In this document: positions 1-14,079 of the stretch, piece after piece
How positions within the stretch are numbered: the first letter of the stretch is position 1
Layout: the number at the start of each line of letters is the position of its first letter
Assembly (NCBI GenBank): GCA_951406725.2
Contig: OX597814.1
Coordinates: forward strand, 125,240,001 to 125,304,000
From: Octopus vulgaris
Taxonomy: Eukaryota
Direction of reading: 5' to 3'
DNA: 64,000 nucleotides
Notes under the pieces: model-generated
Told to the model about the DNA's origin: nothing
The model's input: only the letters and a program-made list of their open reading frames with translations
Databases searched by the model: none
Translations under genes and position numbers: made by a program

Positions 1-27
1 CACTTGCTATGCAAGTACATCCCCCTT

Positions 28-129
<102 letters not shown>

Positions 130-769
130 TATAGTCATCATTCGCCTGTGAACTGGCGAATGATAGTAGTCTCAATGAATATATAAATACATACTTACAC
201 GCACACACACAAGCACACATACATATCATCGCACACGCACACACATACTCACTCACATGTATGTATATACGATTGTGGAAATATATATGTGTTCATATGT
301 GTGTGTATATGTGTATGTATAAATATATTAGATTAGTTTAAATGAAGCCTTGAATAATGGACTGGGTAATATTTTTAGAAGCCAGTGTAACGCAAATTAA
401 AAATACTGCAGTGAAACAAAAGGAAAATAAACTATCACTTTACATTTCCCTTATATTTCGAAAAACTTGATATTTCAAAAGAAAATGAAGAATGGAGGCA
501 ATCTGGTATTTATATGTAAAATGTATGTATAATGAACAAACTGGTATTGTTATAATATCCAATCTATTTTGGATAGTTCGCTTCTATTGTTAACAGATGG
601 GTTCAGTTTATTTATGTGGATAGTCTTGATCCTTAAATTACTAATGTTCCGTTCTTTACTTTGATGGTAGACATGATTTTTGTTGTACAGCATTTCTTCA
701 AGAATTTTTTAACTGTATTCCTTGATGCAGATATGTAGTTTTCGGATAACTCTACCGATGCAGCACCAG

Positions 770-1035
770 TATCAGTTCCTCTTGTGCTCTGGAGTATGTT
801 GGCAGCAAGTTGACGTCATTGGTTTCTTTGGGCTGTAGTTTTCTCTGCGTCCAGCCATGTCGGTTATGAATGTTCTTTGCCTTGTAGTTTCGATCTTCCT
901 CTCTTTTTCCGACCAATGGTGTCCATTTGAAACCTTTTTAGAATTGTTTTCTTCTGGTAGCCAGAGTACATGGCCCGCTAGTTTTAGTCTTCGTTCCGTG
1001 ATTATATGGCTAAGTGGTCTTGTATTGGCTCCCTT
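770..1035 (-). mobile_element. Decayed RTE-type LINE, RT C-terminal fragment
   Basis: The minus strand translates, with frameshifts, to roughly LSHIITERRLKLAGHVL..KWTPLVGK.RGRSK..., like the RRLxWxGHV / WxP.GKRxRGRP C-terminus of RTE-clade ORF2. Confidence 0.6.
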
Positions 1036-1576
1036 CTGAATACCGATTTAAGATCCGCGTCATTCTGCTCACTTCATACACCATCAAGTAATTATTTACG
1101 TGAGTAATGGGTAAGTTTTCTACTGTGAACACAACTAGCTGTCAACTCGGAATTGCCAGTCATAAATTTCCACAAGAACGGATTGAACTGTGGATTGCAT
1201 CGGTAGTTCCGTTGTCAAAATATGGCAGCCTCAAGAAGCACATGCCGTCTCTGGGAGTGTAAGACTTCCTTGGGGGATATTTTGGCAAGATGGCATTTGG
1301 CGAAAGATGATGTGTAGCTGTTGCCTAAAAAAATTTTAATCAGTTACTATTGATGACTTTATCTCCTACCTCACTACACTTGTTGTATATCCAATAAATT
1401 TTATTTTGTTTGTAAACTGCCTCAGCTTTATTGAGTACATCTGATTCATGCTGCACAAATAGGCTTCCTGCTGGCAGCTTCTCTATAAAAATTACATGGA
1501 TTCCTCCTCTGTAATCAATAGTAGGAAATCAAGCAGAGAGACAAAGAGGGACAGACACAGGTGGGAAGAGAGAGAG

Positions 1577-1611
<35 letters not shown>

Positions 1612-2704
1612 TGTTGAATTTCGAATTCGATGTGGTCGTCAATGTCGTTAAATTTGTGATATATGTTGGTTTCCAGGTGAGAGGGATTCGGTATAAAGAT
1701 ATCTACATACATGAAGAATAAGCCAAAAGAGCAGGCTAGCTTTCAAGCTGGTTCATGCTAGTGATGGTCTGACAAACCTGTTAGCTCCAACTCAAAGTTT
1801 CAACAAATAAAATTATGTAGCTGTAACAGCTGACAAAGCGACAGAGGTGGAGAGAAAGTCTCTGTTCTAATATTAGGAACATCTGAATTTAATGCATACG
1901 ATAGGGTTGGTATGTAGAATAGTAATTAAAAAGTTTCTGTCAAAGGGTAATCTCCAATACGGTGTTGTCCTGGATAGCTAAATCTCTGTAAATAATGCCG
2001 TCACTATATATACATGGATCAGATGTGGAAGATCGATGTAGGAGACAACCTTGAAATTATATGGGAGCTTATCAAAGCTGAAAAGTACCTCTCAACTATT
2101 TGGCCCCACTTCAATTCAAGGGTCACAAAACTAGATGTGTTCTTCATTGTACATGTATTACGTTGACCGAACTGAAGGCAAGCCTTCTTCATTTCTGATG
2201 ATTCATTTTTGAGATACAATAAACACAGACCAACAAGAGTATCTCTGCAACACATAGGAGCCACGAGACTTGGAAGACTGTTAACAACGGTAACATGAGG
2301 AAAATATATTCTATAGATTTAGATTTGGAACTATAATTTACCAAACGGAAAATGTTACTACTGTCCTCACTATTTAGTAATTTCTCAATGGTGTTGCTAA
2401 AGTGTGTTCCACCAAGAGCAGCTTTTGAGATGGCACCCTCCTCCCGCTACACAAGTTTGCACACCAGTCACCAAAGTGCCACTTCCATAAAAGTAGTGTC
2501 CAGGGTGAACCGCCCACCACAGTTCCGCTACAACTCCTCCACAACATACAACCAGATTTGAACATCAGAAACAAATAACGATACACAACAATATATGAAC
2601 TTTTTTGTTTATCCCAGTGGAGTCGGGGAATCAGTATGCCAATAATAAAACATGCACTGGTTCTATTTCGCTTCTTTTATTATCATTATTAGTCAACCTA
2701 AATT

Positions 2705-3125
2705 AGTGAGCTGGCAGAAAAGTTAGCACGCCGGGCGAAATGCTTTAGAGGTATTTCGTCTGCCGCTACGTTCTGAGTTCAAATTCCGCCGAGGTCGACT
2801 TTGTCTTTCATCCTTTCGGGGTCGATTAAATAAGTACCAGTTATGCACTGGGGTCGATGTAATCGACTTAATCCGTTTGTCTGTCCTTGTTTGTCCCCTC
2901 TGTGTCTAGCCCCTTGTGGGCAGTAAAGAAATAAGAATCGTTAGTATATCGGACAAAATGCTTAGCAGTATTTCTTCCGGTTTTACGTTCTGAGTTCAAA
3001 TTCCACGAAGGTCGACTTTACCTTTCATCTTTTCGAGGTCAATAAAATAATTAGTTAAGCATTAGGGTTGGTGTAACCGAAATTTCATTCCATCAATATT
3101 GCTCGCCCAGTGCTAAGATCAGAAA
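2705..3125 (+). mobile_element. tRNA-derived SINE family B, dimeric
   Basis: Head gagctggcagaa..gttagc, B box gagttcaaattc and core gtcgactttgcctttcatcctttcggggtcgat..aagtaccag, repeated twice. More than 20 related copies occur in the window. Confidence 0.85.
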
Positions 3126-3144
3126 GAATTATTATTAGTCAACG

Positions 3145-3405
3145 CGTTAACCATTTAACCAAATAACAATCGATTTTTCTTTTTTTATTAATCGTTCGGT
3201 CATTCAATCAGCTAAGTTTGTCAAAGTCTTTTCATCACCATTCGCGACCTCATCAAGGGCATTCCCCTTTGACTCCAGGTCTGCTTCGGATCTCGATGAA
3301 TCGCAAATGACAACGAACAAACACTGACAATCCTAGCTGATTGATTGTTTGATTAACCGACCAATTAATCGAGAGATCGAGCAATTAATTGGTTAAATGG
3401 TTTAA
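3145..3405. repeat. Imperfect palindromic (MITE-like) element
   Basis: The left half (gttaaccatttaacc..tcaatcagctaagtttgtca..ccattcgcga) is an inverted match to the right half (tcgcaaatg..tgacaatcctagctgattga..ggttaaatggttt). A related half copy lies at about 59400-59502. Confidence 0.6.
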
Positions 3406-3413
3406 ATAGTTTG

Positions 3414-4967
<1,554 letters not shown>

Positions 4968-4990
4968 TAATAATAATAATCATGATGATG

Positions 4991-5054
<64 letters not shown>

Positions 5055-5055
5055 T

Positions 5056-5570
5056 CAGAATATTTGCTGTAAAGATGGGCTACAGCAAATATTCTGCTCA
5101 ATACCACAGATTTGCTTGTCAGTTGTTTGACCTTAACCAGTTGAGCATGTCCCTTAGTGGCTGACGATATGTGCATCTCTGATCACGAGCAGAAGTAGTG
5201 GGGGAGCATCATAGTCATGTGTTGAGAAGGATTCTTTGGGGTTTGAATAATTCACCTCTGGAAACATGGGTGTTTCGTTCAACGTCCTTAAACAACCCTT
5301 ATTCAGGGACCTTTTGAGCGGGATGGGTTACTCGATCTGAAGAAAATTCTAACTGGGCTCCACCTGCAAGGTCATGTGCTGTTTATCTTGATATGAGATC
5401 ACCATGTCGCGCACATATGGTTGTGATGCATGTGCCTGGTGTACTCTTATCAGACGGGTAGTCATGATGGGTATACTGGGCTTCGTATATTTTACCCCAG
5501 TGTCACTTTGATGGCATGCTCTGCTCGCTCACTCAATAATAATAATAATAATAATAATAATGATAATAAT
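5056..5570 (+). mobile_element. Probable 5'-truncated non-LTR retrotransposon 3' UTR embedded in (AAT)n
   Basis: About 480 bp of complex sequence between (AAT)n tracts, with an (AAT)n tail and a 16-bp perfect inverted repeat at its 5' junction. Confidence 0.45.
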
Positions 5571-5676
5571 CCTTCCTACTATAGGCAAAGGGCCTGAAAT
5601 TGGTGGAGGGAGCAGTCGTTTAGATCGATCTCAGTACACAACTGCTACTTAATACAGACAGACAGGTAGGTAGGTT

Positions 5677-5896
5677 CTCTTTTTACTTTTTTACTTGTTT
5701 CAGTCATTTGACTGCGGCCATGCTGGAGCACCGCCTTTAGTCGAGCAAATCGACCCCAGGACTTATTCTTTGTAAGCCTAGTACTTATTCTATTAGTCTC
5801 TATTGCCGAACCGCTAAGTTACGGGAACGTAAACACACCAGCATCTGTTGTCAAGCGATGTTGGAGGACATACAGACACACAAGCACACACACACA

Positions 5897-5946
<50 letters not shown>

Positions 5947-6117
5947 CATATATACGACGGGCTTCTTTCAGTTTCCGTCAACCAAATCCACACACAAGTC
6001 TTTGGTCGGCTCGAGGCTATAGTAGAAGACACTTGCCCAAGGTGCCACGCAGTGGGACTGAACTCGGAACCATGTGTTTGGTAAGCAAGCAACTTACCAC
6101 ACAGCCACCCCTGCGCC
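5677..6117 (-). mobile_element. tRNA-derived SINE family A (CORE-like motif, CR1-type tail), full length
   Basis: Head ggcgcagg..gctgtgtggtaag, B box ggttccgagttcagtccc, ccttgggcaagtgtctt motif, internal TA/TG tract, tail ggcggtgctccagcatggccgcagtcaaatgactgaaac. Confidence 0.85.
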
Positions 6118-6298
6118 TATAAGGTTGACAAAAACATGTAAAAAGGCAAATAACAAGATGGCATTGTGAAAATATAAAATTATGTGGAAATACAAAGGAC
6201 AGTTCACGTCGCAAGTTATACAACCATCCTCTCCCACTAATGAAACAAATTGAGAAATTTGCAACACTCAGGAACGTTGCAACGTCATACACTAATAA

Positions 6299-6329
<31 letters not shown>

Positions 6330-6885
6330 ACTTATGACATAGAAAATAACGTTAAACGACTCCCAACCGCCCAAAGAACACATTCTTAAGCAACAACAAT
6401 ATCAATAATCTCCAAACACTGCGATAGGGTGCACAGTACCAATAGTGATTGCAAAGCGAAGCAAATTTAACTTTCAGACCGTGTTCATCTTACGCTCCAC
6501 TACTTACGGTTGTGGGTGCCTCTATGCGGTCAGTTGACTTGCTAGAAATAACAACTGAATTTCTCTTAAGTTGCTTCTTAATCAATTAATACAGTATGAA
6601 TATTCTAGATAATGTAAATAATGTAGATCATCAAAGAACGATATTATAATAATTGGAATGTCTTATGAACAGAGATTTGCTTAATCAGAGCTGTTCTTGG
6701 GGTTAAACAACAACCACATTAGAGGTACAGAAACAAACGGGTTAATAGAGTGAGGAGAGTATTTCCTGGCTGCAACACTGCGCAACAATTAATTAGTCAA
6801 ACTGTGAAGTGTGATCCTCCACCAGACAGAGCTGTGGGAGGTCCAGAGCAGTAGATTTGTGGAAGTTCGATTAGCTGAGTGTTGA

Positions 6886-7268
6886 GGCGCAGGAGTAGGT
6901 GTGTGCTAAGAAGCTTGCTTACCAACCACATGGTTCCGGGTTCAGTCCCACTGCGTGGCACCTTGGTCAAATGTCTTCTACTATAGCCTCGGGCCGACCA
7001 AAGCCTTGTGAGTGGATTTGGTAGACGGAAACTGAAAGAAGTCGTATATATGTATATGTATATATGTTTGTGTGTCAGTGCCCCCCCCAACATCGCTTGA
7101 CAACCGATGCTGGTGTGTTTACGTCCCCGTAACTTAGCGGTTCGGCAAAAGAAACCGATAGAATAAGTACTAGGCTTACAAAGAATAAGTCCTGGGGTCG
7201 ATTTGCTCGACTAAAGGCGGTGCTCCAGCATGGCCACAGTCAAATGACTGAAACAAGTAAAAGAGTAA
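6886..7268 (+). mobile_element. SINE family A, full length
   Basis: Same structure as 5677-6117 in the opposite orientation; CpGs largely intact. Confidence 0.85.
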
Positions 7269-8469
7269 TGATTGGTAGGGCTGAATTTGGCTGCGTGTTG
7301 TTTCCCCATATAAAAACAAGTCCGTTTTCGGTTTGTAATGAGACCATTTATTTATACATAAACTTAACAAACACAATCGTTACTTGCCGGAAGCCGTATT
7401 AGTAGAGAGTCTTGTATGTGTGCTGTGTTTTGGCTAAGAATCAGCCAGCTACTTTTCTTGCTCTGAGAGGCGGGAAAATTATATGTTCATGATAGACAAA
7501 CGATTCCTTTTAACCCAGGGTTGAACAGTGACCAAGAAACCTGTCTTCTCATGGACCTCTGTTCCTTATCTCTTTTGACTGTGACGCGTATCTTAATTTA
7601 CAGCCAAGTGTTGGCAGGAAACCTATGGTAATATCCACTTGAAATCGCAGGATCAAATGACCGCAACTGAAATACCATTGGCTGGCAATTAGGCAGGAAT
7701 CGCCTGATATGATGTAATCTATCTCTCGTTACTAATTTAACGCGGATTCAGTTCGAGACCCCGCTGCTGATCTCTGGATCGTATCTAGTTGTTTGCCCTA
7801 CAATCTTTGTGAGCCATATATTTTGTTCGATTAGGACAGGCCAAACAATGTTATACAACAACAATAACAGCTACAGTCTACAATGTAAATTCTACATGGC
7901 TGCATGGCTTGCTAGAACTAACAACCAAATCAACCTCAAATAATGCCCTATTGTCTTAAGAATGGAAGAACGCTAAAATGAATATTGCAGGTTTGAGATT
8001 TTTGTTTTTGATGTTTCTAAGAGTCTTTATGCAGTTTCGCTTTCAGATTACAAATATACTTTAATCTACTGACTACATTATAGTAGTAGTGTTGGGTAAC
8101 AGGAACATACAAGACATTTTTATTATCATTACTGACAAGTTGCTAATCATCAATCACAACAGACATACAGAAACAAACTGTTTAATAGAGATAGTAGAGT
8201 ATTTCCTGGCTGCGATATTACATTGTCTAAAGTTTGTGATGTCTTAATCGCACGGGAAAGTTTGAAGACATCTTCCTGGAATTTAGGCACTTCAGAAATG
8301 AAATGAGAGGAAAATATTCATTTATTGAAGATGTATATACTTTGAATTACCATTTCTTGAGAATAGTCATAATGCACTGTTAACAAGTATATTATGCCAG
8401 CCAAAATTTGCAGATGTGTAGCATAGCATCTACATTCGTGCAAAGTAGATAAAGCTATAGATAATTGTT

Positions 8470-8910
8470 TCTGTTTAGGTACAAGGCCTGAAATTCGGTG
8501 GGCGGGGAGGTGTGGCTAATTGATTACATCGACTCCAGTACTTGACTGGTACTTATTTTATCGATCCCGAAGGATGAAAGGCAAAGTTGACACCGAAGGA
8601 ATTGAATTCAGGACGTAAATCTGAAGGAAATACCGCTAAGCATCTTGTCCTGCGTGGTAAAGATTCTGCCGGCTCTCCGCCTTGATAAAGCTATAATGAT
8701 TTCAAATTTTGGGTACAAGGCCACTAGTTTTTGAGGGGAGGGGGGAGTCGATTATATCGATCTCAGTATTCAGCTGGTACTTATTTTATCGATCCCAAAA
8801 GGATGAAAGGCAAAGCCTAACTTGGCGGAATTTGAACTCAAAACATAAAGCGGACGAAATACCGCTAGGTATTTTACCGGCTGCCAACGATTCTGCCAGT
8901 TTGCTGCCTT
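8470..8910 (-). mobile_element. Two adjacent SINE family B copies
   Basis: Two reverse-strand matches to the ctggtacttatttt-atcgatcccga-aggatgaaaggcaaag core. Confidence 0.75.
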
Positions 8911-8960
8911 ATAAACTATAAATAAAAGCTAAGGAAAAATAAACTTTGGATTGAAAGAAA

Positions 8961-9265
8961 TGCCAATGGCAGGTCTCGAACCCGCATCGGCAAACGTGAC
9001 AGATGTGTAACCTATTTCTTTACTACCCACAAGGGGCTAAACACAGAGAGGACAAACAAGGACAGAGAAACCGATTAAGTCGATTATATCGACACCAGTA
9101 GGTAACTGGTACTTAATTTATCGACCCCAAAAGGATGAAAGGCAAAGTCGACCTCGGCGGAATTTGAACTCAGGACGTAACGGCAGACGAAATACGGCTA
9201 CGCATTTCGCCCAGCGTGCTAACAATTCTGCCAGCTCGCCGTGTAACCATTCAACCAAAGCAACA
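8961..9265 (-). pseudogene. tRNA-like relic interrupted by the SINE at 9013-9240
   Basis: With the SINE removed: A-box-like TGGTTGAATGG, T arm GCGGG-TTCGAGA-CCTGC, weak acceptor stem, defective anticodon arm. Confidence 0.35.
9013..9240 (-). mobile_element. SINE family B with 8-bp TSD
   Basis: Full monomer flanked by GTGTAACC at 9005-9012 and 9241-9248. Confidence 0.85.
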
Positions 9266-9517
9266 TTTCGAATTTTCACAACGGCGTAACTCGGAGTAGA
9301 AAAAGCTATAACAATAGTCTGCAGAATACTGTGTTTAAATTACGAGAAAGTATGAAGTTTTATTGATAAAAAGTTGGGTACTCTAGAGTAATATCCATTA
9401 ATTTAACCCATTTGCATTCACATTATGCACTTGAGAATGTAGGGGCCCTTTACATTTAATTAGGTCGCTTAACCCCTTTCAGCGTGGTTTGATTTGTTTT
9501 GGTCGGTAGTACTTCAT

Positions 9518-9941
9518 CTCTTTACTCTCTTTTACACTTTTACTAGTTTCAATCATTTGACTGTGGCCATGATGGAGCACCGCCTTTAGTCGAGCACATC
9601 GACTATGGACTTATTCTTTGTAAGCCTAGTGCTTATTCTATCGGTCTTTTTGCCGAATCGCTAAGTTACGGGGACGTAAACACACCAGCATCGGTTGTCA
9701 AGCGATGTTGGGGGGAACAAACACAGACATATACACTTTGAATTACTATTTCTTGAGAATGGTATATACACATATATACGACGGGCTTCTTTCAGTTTCC
9801 GTATACCAAATCAACTCACAAGGCTTTGGTTGGCCCGAGGCTATAGTAGAAGGCACTTGCCCAAGGTGCCACGCAGTGGGACTGAACCCGAAACCATATA
9901 GTTCGTAAGCAAGCTACTTACCACACAGCCACTCCTACGCC
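9518..9941 (-). mobile_element. SINE family A, full length
   Basis: Reverse match to 6886-7268. Confidence 0.85.
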
Positions 9942-10542
9942 TACACCATTAATAACTTTATTACCCATTCTATTCTAAATCTCCATAGCTACCTGTCCTT
10001 TGATATTCTTGATGTCCATATGTCTAGCTAACTCGGTAACATCACTTCGAATTTTTCTACCACGGACGTTGTTACTACAAGGCCATTTGGCAGATAAACT
10101 CCTTTGTAACTCTCACACGATTCTTGGCACCAACAAATAATGAGTTAGAATTTGCATCAAAGTCATACTTCAAAGACAATTCATTATCTTTGCCCTTACT
10201 TCAGTGGCATAGCTACCGATGTGTGCCAACCGGGACAACCCACGAGTTTGCTTTCTGCCGAACCGCCAAGCCTCTAAATTCTTATACTGTAGACTTCACA
10301 GTGTCTCCCCACAAAAGCGTCATCCGGACGGGTTGCCATTCTCCCATCCAACGTCGCTACTGCCTTGCTGTTGCACATGGCGAAAATATTTGCTTTTTAA
10401 TATCATACTAATCACAAGGCTGCGAAGCCGGCAGAATCGTTAGCACGCTGGGCGAAATGTTTAGCGATATTTGTCCGTCTTTACGCTCTGAGTTCAAATT
10501 CTATCGAGTTTACCTTTCATCCTTTCGTAATCGATAAGATAA

Positions 10543-11240
10543 GGGCGTCCTTTTGTTACTACCAGCATTTACGTCAATTAAGCACATTTACGTAATTTTT
10601 TTCCTTTGCTCTTCTTTGGAAGGCGATCATTTGCTTTGAAGTAAGAGCAGAAATTGAAAGAGACGAGAAAGTGAAAATGCGACATTTGCTTTGAAGTGAG
10701 AGTAGGAAGTTGAAAGAGAGGAGAAAGTGAAAATGCATTTACGTCTATATGAAATGGACGTGTGAGTGAGAGAGAGAAAGAGAGAGAGAGAGAGAAGGTG
10801 TGTGTTGTCATGTATATATATTTTGCATGTGTAAATGGTACTTACTCTGTCTCTCTCTCTCTCTGTCACACACATACATTATCTTTCATGAACACGTACA
10901 CACATATGCATACATTTTTTTGTAGGTATCTGTACATGCGTGTGTGAGAGAGAGAGAGAGAGAGAGCGAGTGATAGCCACTTACACATACATGCAAAAAA
11001 TATATACATGAAACACACACCTTCCCCCTCTCCCACTTTCTTTCATCCATTTCATATACACGTACATACATGTTCACTTTTTCGTCTCTTTCAATTTCTG
11101 CTCTTACTTCAAAGCAAATGGTTGCCTTCCAAAGATGAGTAAAAAAAAAAAAATATTTGTACGGAAATTAACGAACAATACCATAAAAATTCCCGTGCTT
11201 AATTGACGTAAATACTGGTAATAACGAAAAATTGCGAAAA
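10543..11240. mobile_element. Foldback/MITE-like element with about 125-bp inverted arms, nested in a family B SINE
   Basis: 10550-10675 is an inverted match to 11076-11230 (accagcatttacgtcaattaagcac / gtgcttaattgacgtaaatactggt). The host SINE breaks at about 10542 and resumes at about 11241. Confidence 0.7.
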
Positions 11241-12240
11241 GAAGTACCAGTTGAGTACTGCGGTCGATTTAATCGACTTAGCCCCTCCTTCAAAATTGCT
11301 GGCCTTGTGCCAAAATTTGAAGTTAATATCATATTCATCACAAATCCTCACCAAGGAATTAATTAGTCTCTAACTTTATTACTGTCAATTTCTGGTACAC
11401 AGATATTATCACGTGCTTCTTTTAATTAATTATAACTTATTTCTGAAGCGAAAAAAAAAAAAAAAGATTGAACTATACCTAATCACTGAAATATCAGCAA
11501 AAACTGCAGAGCAACTCAAATCATATTGTGTTGTTGTCATAGTATATACTGCGCAACCGTGATAAACCTACTAGTATGGCGTAAGTATTACTCTAAAATA
11601 AATATACAAACTTAAAGCTACTTCGACTTCACTTAATCTTTGTTTCTGAGTGTGTCATATTAGATTTCAAAACAATTGACAGTGAGATTTTATCACGATA
11701 CTGCAAGAACAGAATTATTAAAAAGATAATCAGTTAAGGAATTTTCAACGATTTTATGCATACAGTCGTTCACCATGGAAACATAATGTTTGTTAAAGGC
11801 TATGTGAAAGCGATAATAAAAGAGTAATTCTTATATAAGAAGCAGACTGAATATAGACAAAAATAAGCAAGAAGAAGAGCTAATGAATTCGAATTGTAAG
11901 TGAACTTGTAAGCTCGCTTGCTATGCTGCGCTGGGGAAACATATATAGAATTAATTTGCTTCTGGCTGATCTGAAAATGGCAAACGAAGAAACACCCAGA
12001 AAAATTTGCAGATGTGAATCTCGGATTATCAGCTGAGTAGAATGGTGCCATTCAATAAGTAAATTAACATCCCAGTGCTGCCGCATATACTGTGTAGTTA
12101 CTACATTTCATACACTTGATACAGCCCAATGCATAGAAATAAATAAATAACAGATAATGGATGATGTAATAGCAGTAATGTAACCCAGAATAGATAATAT
12201 ATAATAATACAATATATATATTTGTTTAATTACTCGTTGC

Positions 12241-12306
12241 GCAGAGAGACGCAGTGGAAGCGTGCTAGAGCCCATAACCCAGAGGTCTAGATCGAAACAA
12301 TACTGC
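12241..12306 (+). pseudogene. Initiator tRNA-Met (CAT) pseudogene
   Basis: GCAGAGAGACGCAGTGGAAGCGTGCTAGAGCCCATAACCCAGAGGTCTAGATCGAAACAATACTGC closely follows the conserved metazoan tRNA-iMet, including the GATCGAAA T loop, with several substitutions and deletions. Confidence 0.75.
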
Positions 12307-13258
12307 GAAGAAATGGTAACAAATATGTAGTGGATCTTGCAAGCATGAAGTGGATTCGATCCACCATAGCCAAATTTAAATCAACACTGCAACAGAACTT
12401 TTCCCACAGTGGAACAATGGTTTTTCTCTGACAGCAGTTTGACATTCCCCAGATTGCCTTTAGCTAGGCCGAAATAATGTCTTCACCACTTGACCCTTTC
12501 TAACCTCTTCTACTTCACCAAAAGCTAGAACAGAGATAACAAGATCACCAACTAAATCTATTGTTCTCAATGATATGTCTATCCTTCTGGATAGTTATAT
12601 AAGCAAGCACACCCCATGCAAAAATCAGTTAGTCACAGTCGGTGACGACTCAACTAAGTAGTCACCTCGGTGACGACGAAGTCTGGCTGACCAGCTAGAA
12701 CCTTGGTCAGAAGGAGAAATGAAGTTCACTGTCAGCAACTATGAAACAACGTCCCACACCATACAACTCTCACTAGCTCTAATTCTGTTCTCTTACAACA
12801 TCATTCTATCTCTCTCTCTAATTACTACTAAACAATGAAGAGGAACACAAACACAAATTTTACTTTGCATGATTTTGGATTTATCATAACCTGCCCGTCG
12901 AGGTATGGTATTTTTAACGTAACGGTAAATAAATACTTTCTTAAAAAACTTCATGCATTGTTCATCTTTCTCATCCTACAGTATGCAATTATAACAACAA
13001 ATAATTATCGTTACAACGACAACAAGAGTTTTCGCTTAGTATATAGAATTAAGAGGAGCTGTGCAGAATGCAAGAAAATGGAAATATTTCTAAGAAAGGG
13101 CTGTAAAAGTAAATAATACAGGGTGTGTACTGGGGACACGCTGTTCGTCTTTGGCCTTTATTTTTGTCACTCTCATGATCCTGGCATTCACTCAGTACAT
13201 ACAGTTAACTGTGGAGTATACAGAGTTATTTCATAACTGTCACAATATTTCATAACAG

Positions 13259-13654
13259 GAAGGCGGTGAGCTGGCAGAATCGTTAGCACGCCGGGCGAAA
13301 TGCGTAGCCGTATTTCGTCTGCCGTTACGTTCTGAGTTCAAATTCCGTCGAGGTCGACTTCGCCGTTCATCCTTTCGGGGTCGATAAATTAAGTACCAGT
13401 TACGCACTGGGGGGTCGATATAATCGACTTAATCCGTTTGTCTGTCTTTGTTTGTCCCCTCTGTGTTTAGCCCCTTGTGGGTAATAAAGAAATAGGTATT
13501 TCGTGTGTCCTTATGTTCTGAGTTCAAATTCCGATATCGACTTTGCCTTTCATTCTTTCGGGGTCGATAAGTTAAGTACCAGTTGCGTACTTGGATCGAT
13601 CTAATCGAATGCCCCCCTCCCCTAAAATTTCGGGCCTTGTGCCTAGAGTGGAAA
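13259..13654 (+). mobile_element. Dimeric SINE family B with 17-bp TSD
   Basis: ACAATATTTCATAACAG at 13242-13258 and 13655-13671 flanks two tandem units. Confidence 0.85.
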
Positions 13655-14079
13655 ACAATATTTCATAACAGCAAACGGAAAAAGTAGTTTCCCATTATGG
13701 GACATTTTTATATTTTTGAGTGAACTTAATATTCATTCTGAATTTACCATCTCTGCGGGGCGATGGGAAGAGTCCGTGTCTGGCGGCCCTAAGCAAGGGC
13801 GACACTCTCGTACTGCCATTGGAGTTCATCTTGTGGTGTACTCAGAATTTACTCTCCTACAACTCTGATGCCCGAAGACGCCGGGAGAGGACAGCGGCGG
13901 CACCCCACCCCATCTTCTTAACTTAGATTTTGTCTGGTTTATCCGTTATCCAGCTCACCGGTATACAGTTTAACGAGGCTTGACAGTATTAAGTATTGAA
14001 ATATCTAAAGAGATTAGCGATGGGGCGCATGTGTTGACGGTGGAGCGTTGTTGAATCGGATAACAGTGTTAGCAACGAG

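Noticed and set aside
12241-12306. Functional tRNA-iMet gene
   Set aside because: The T arm and acceptor stem are disrupted and there is no oligo-T terminator, so it is called a pseudogene.
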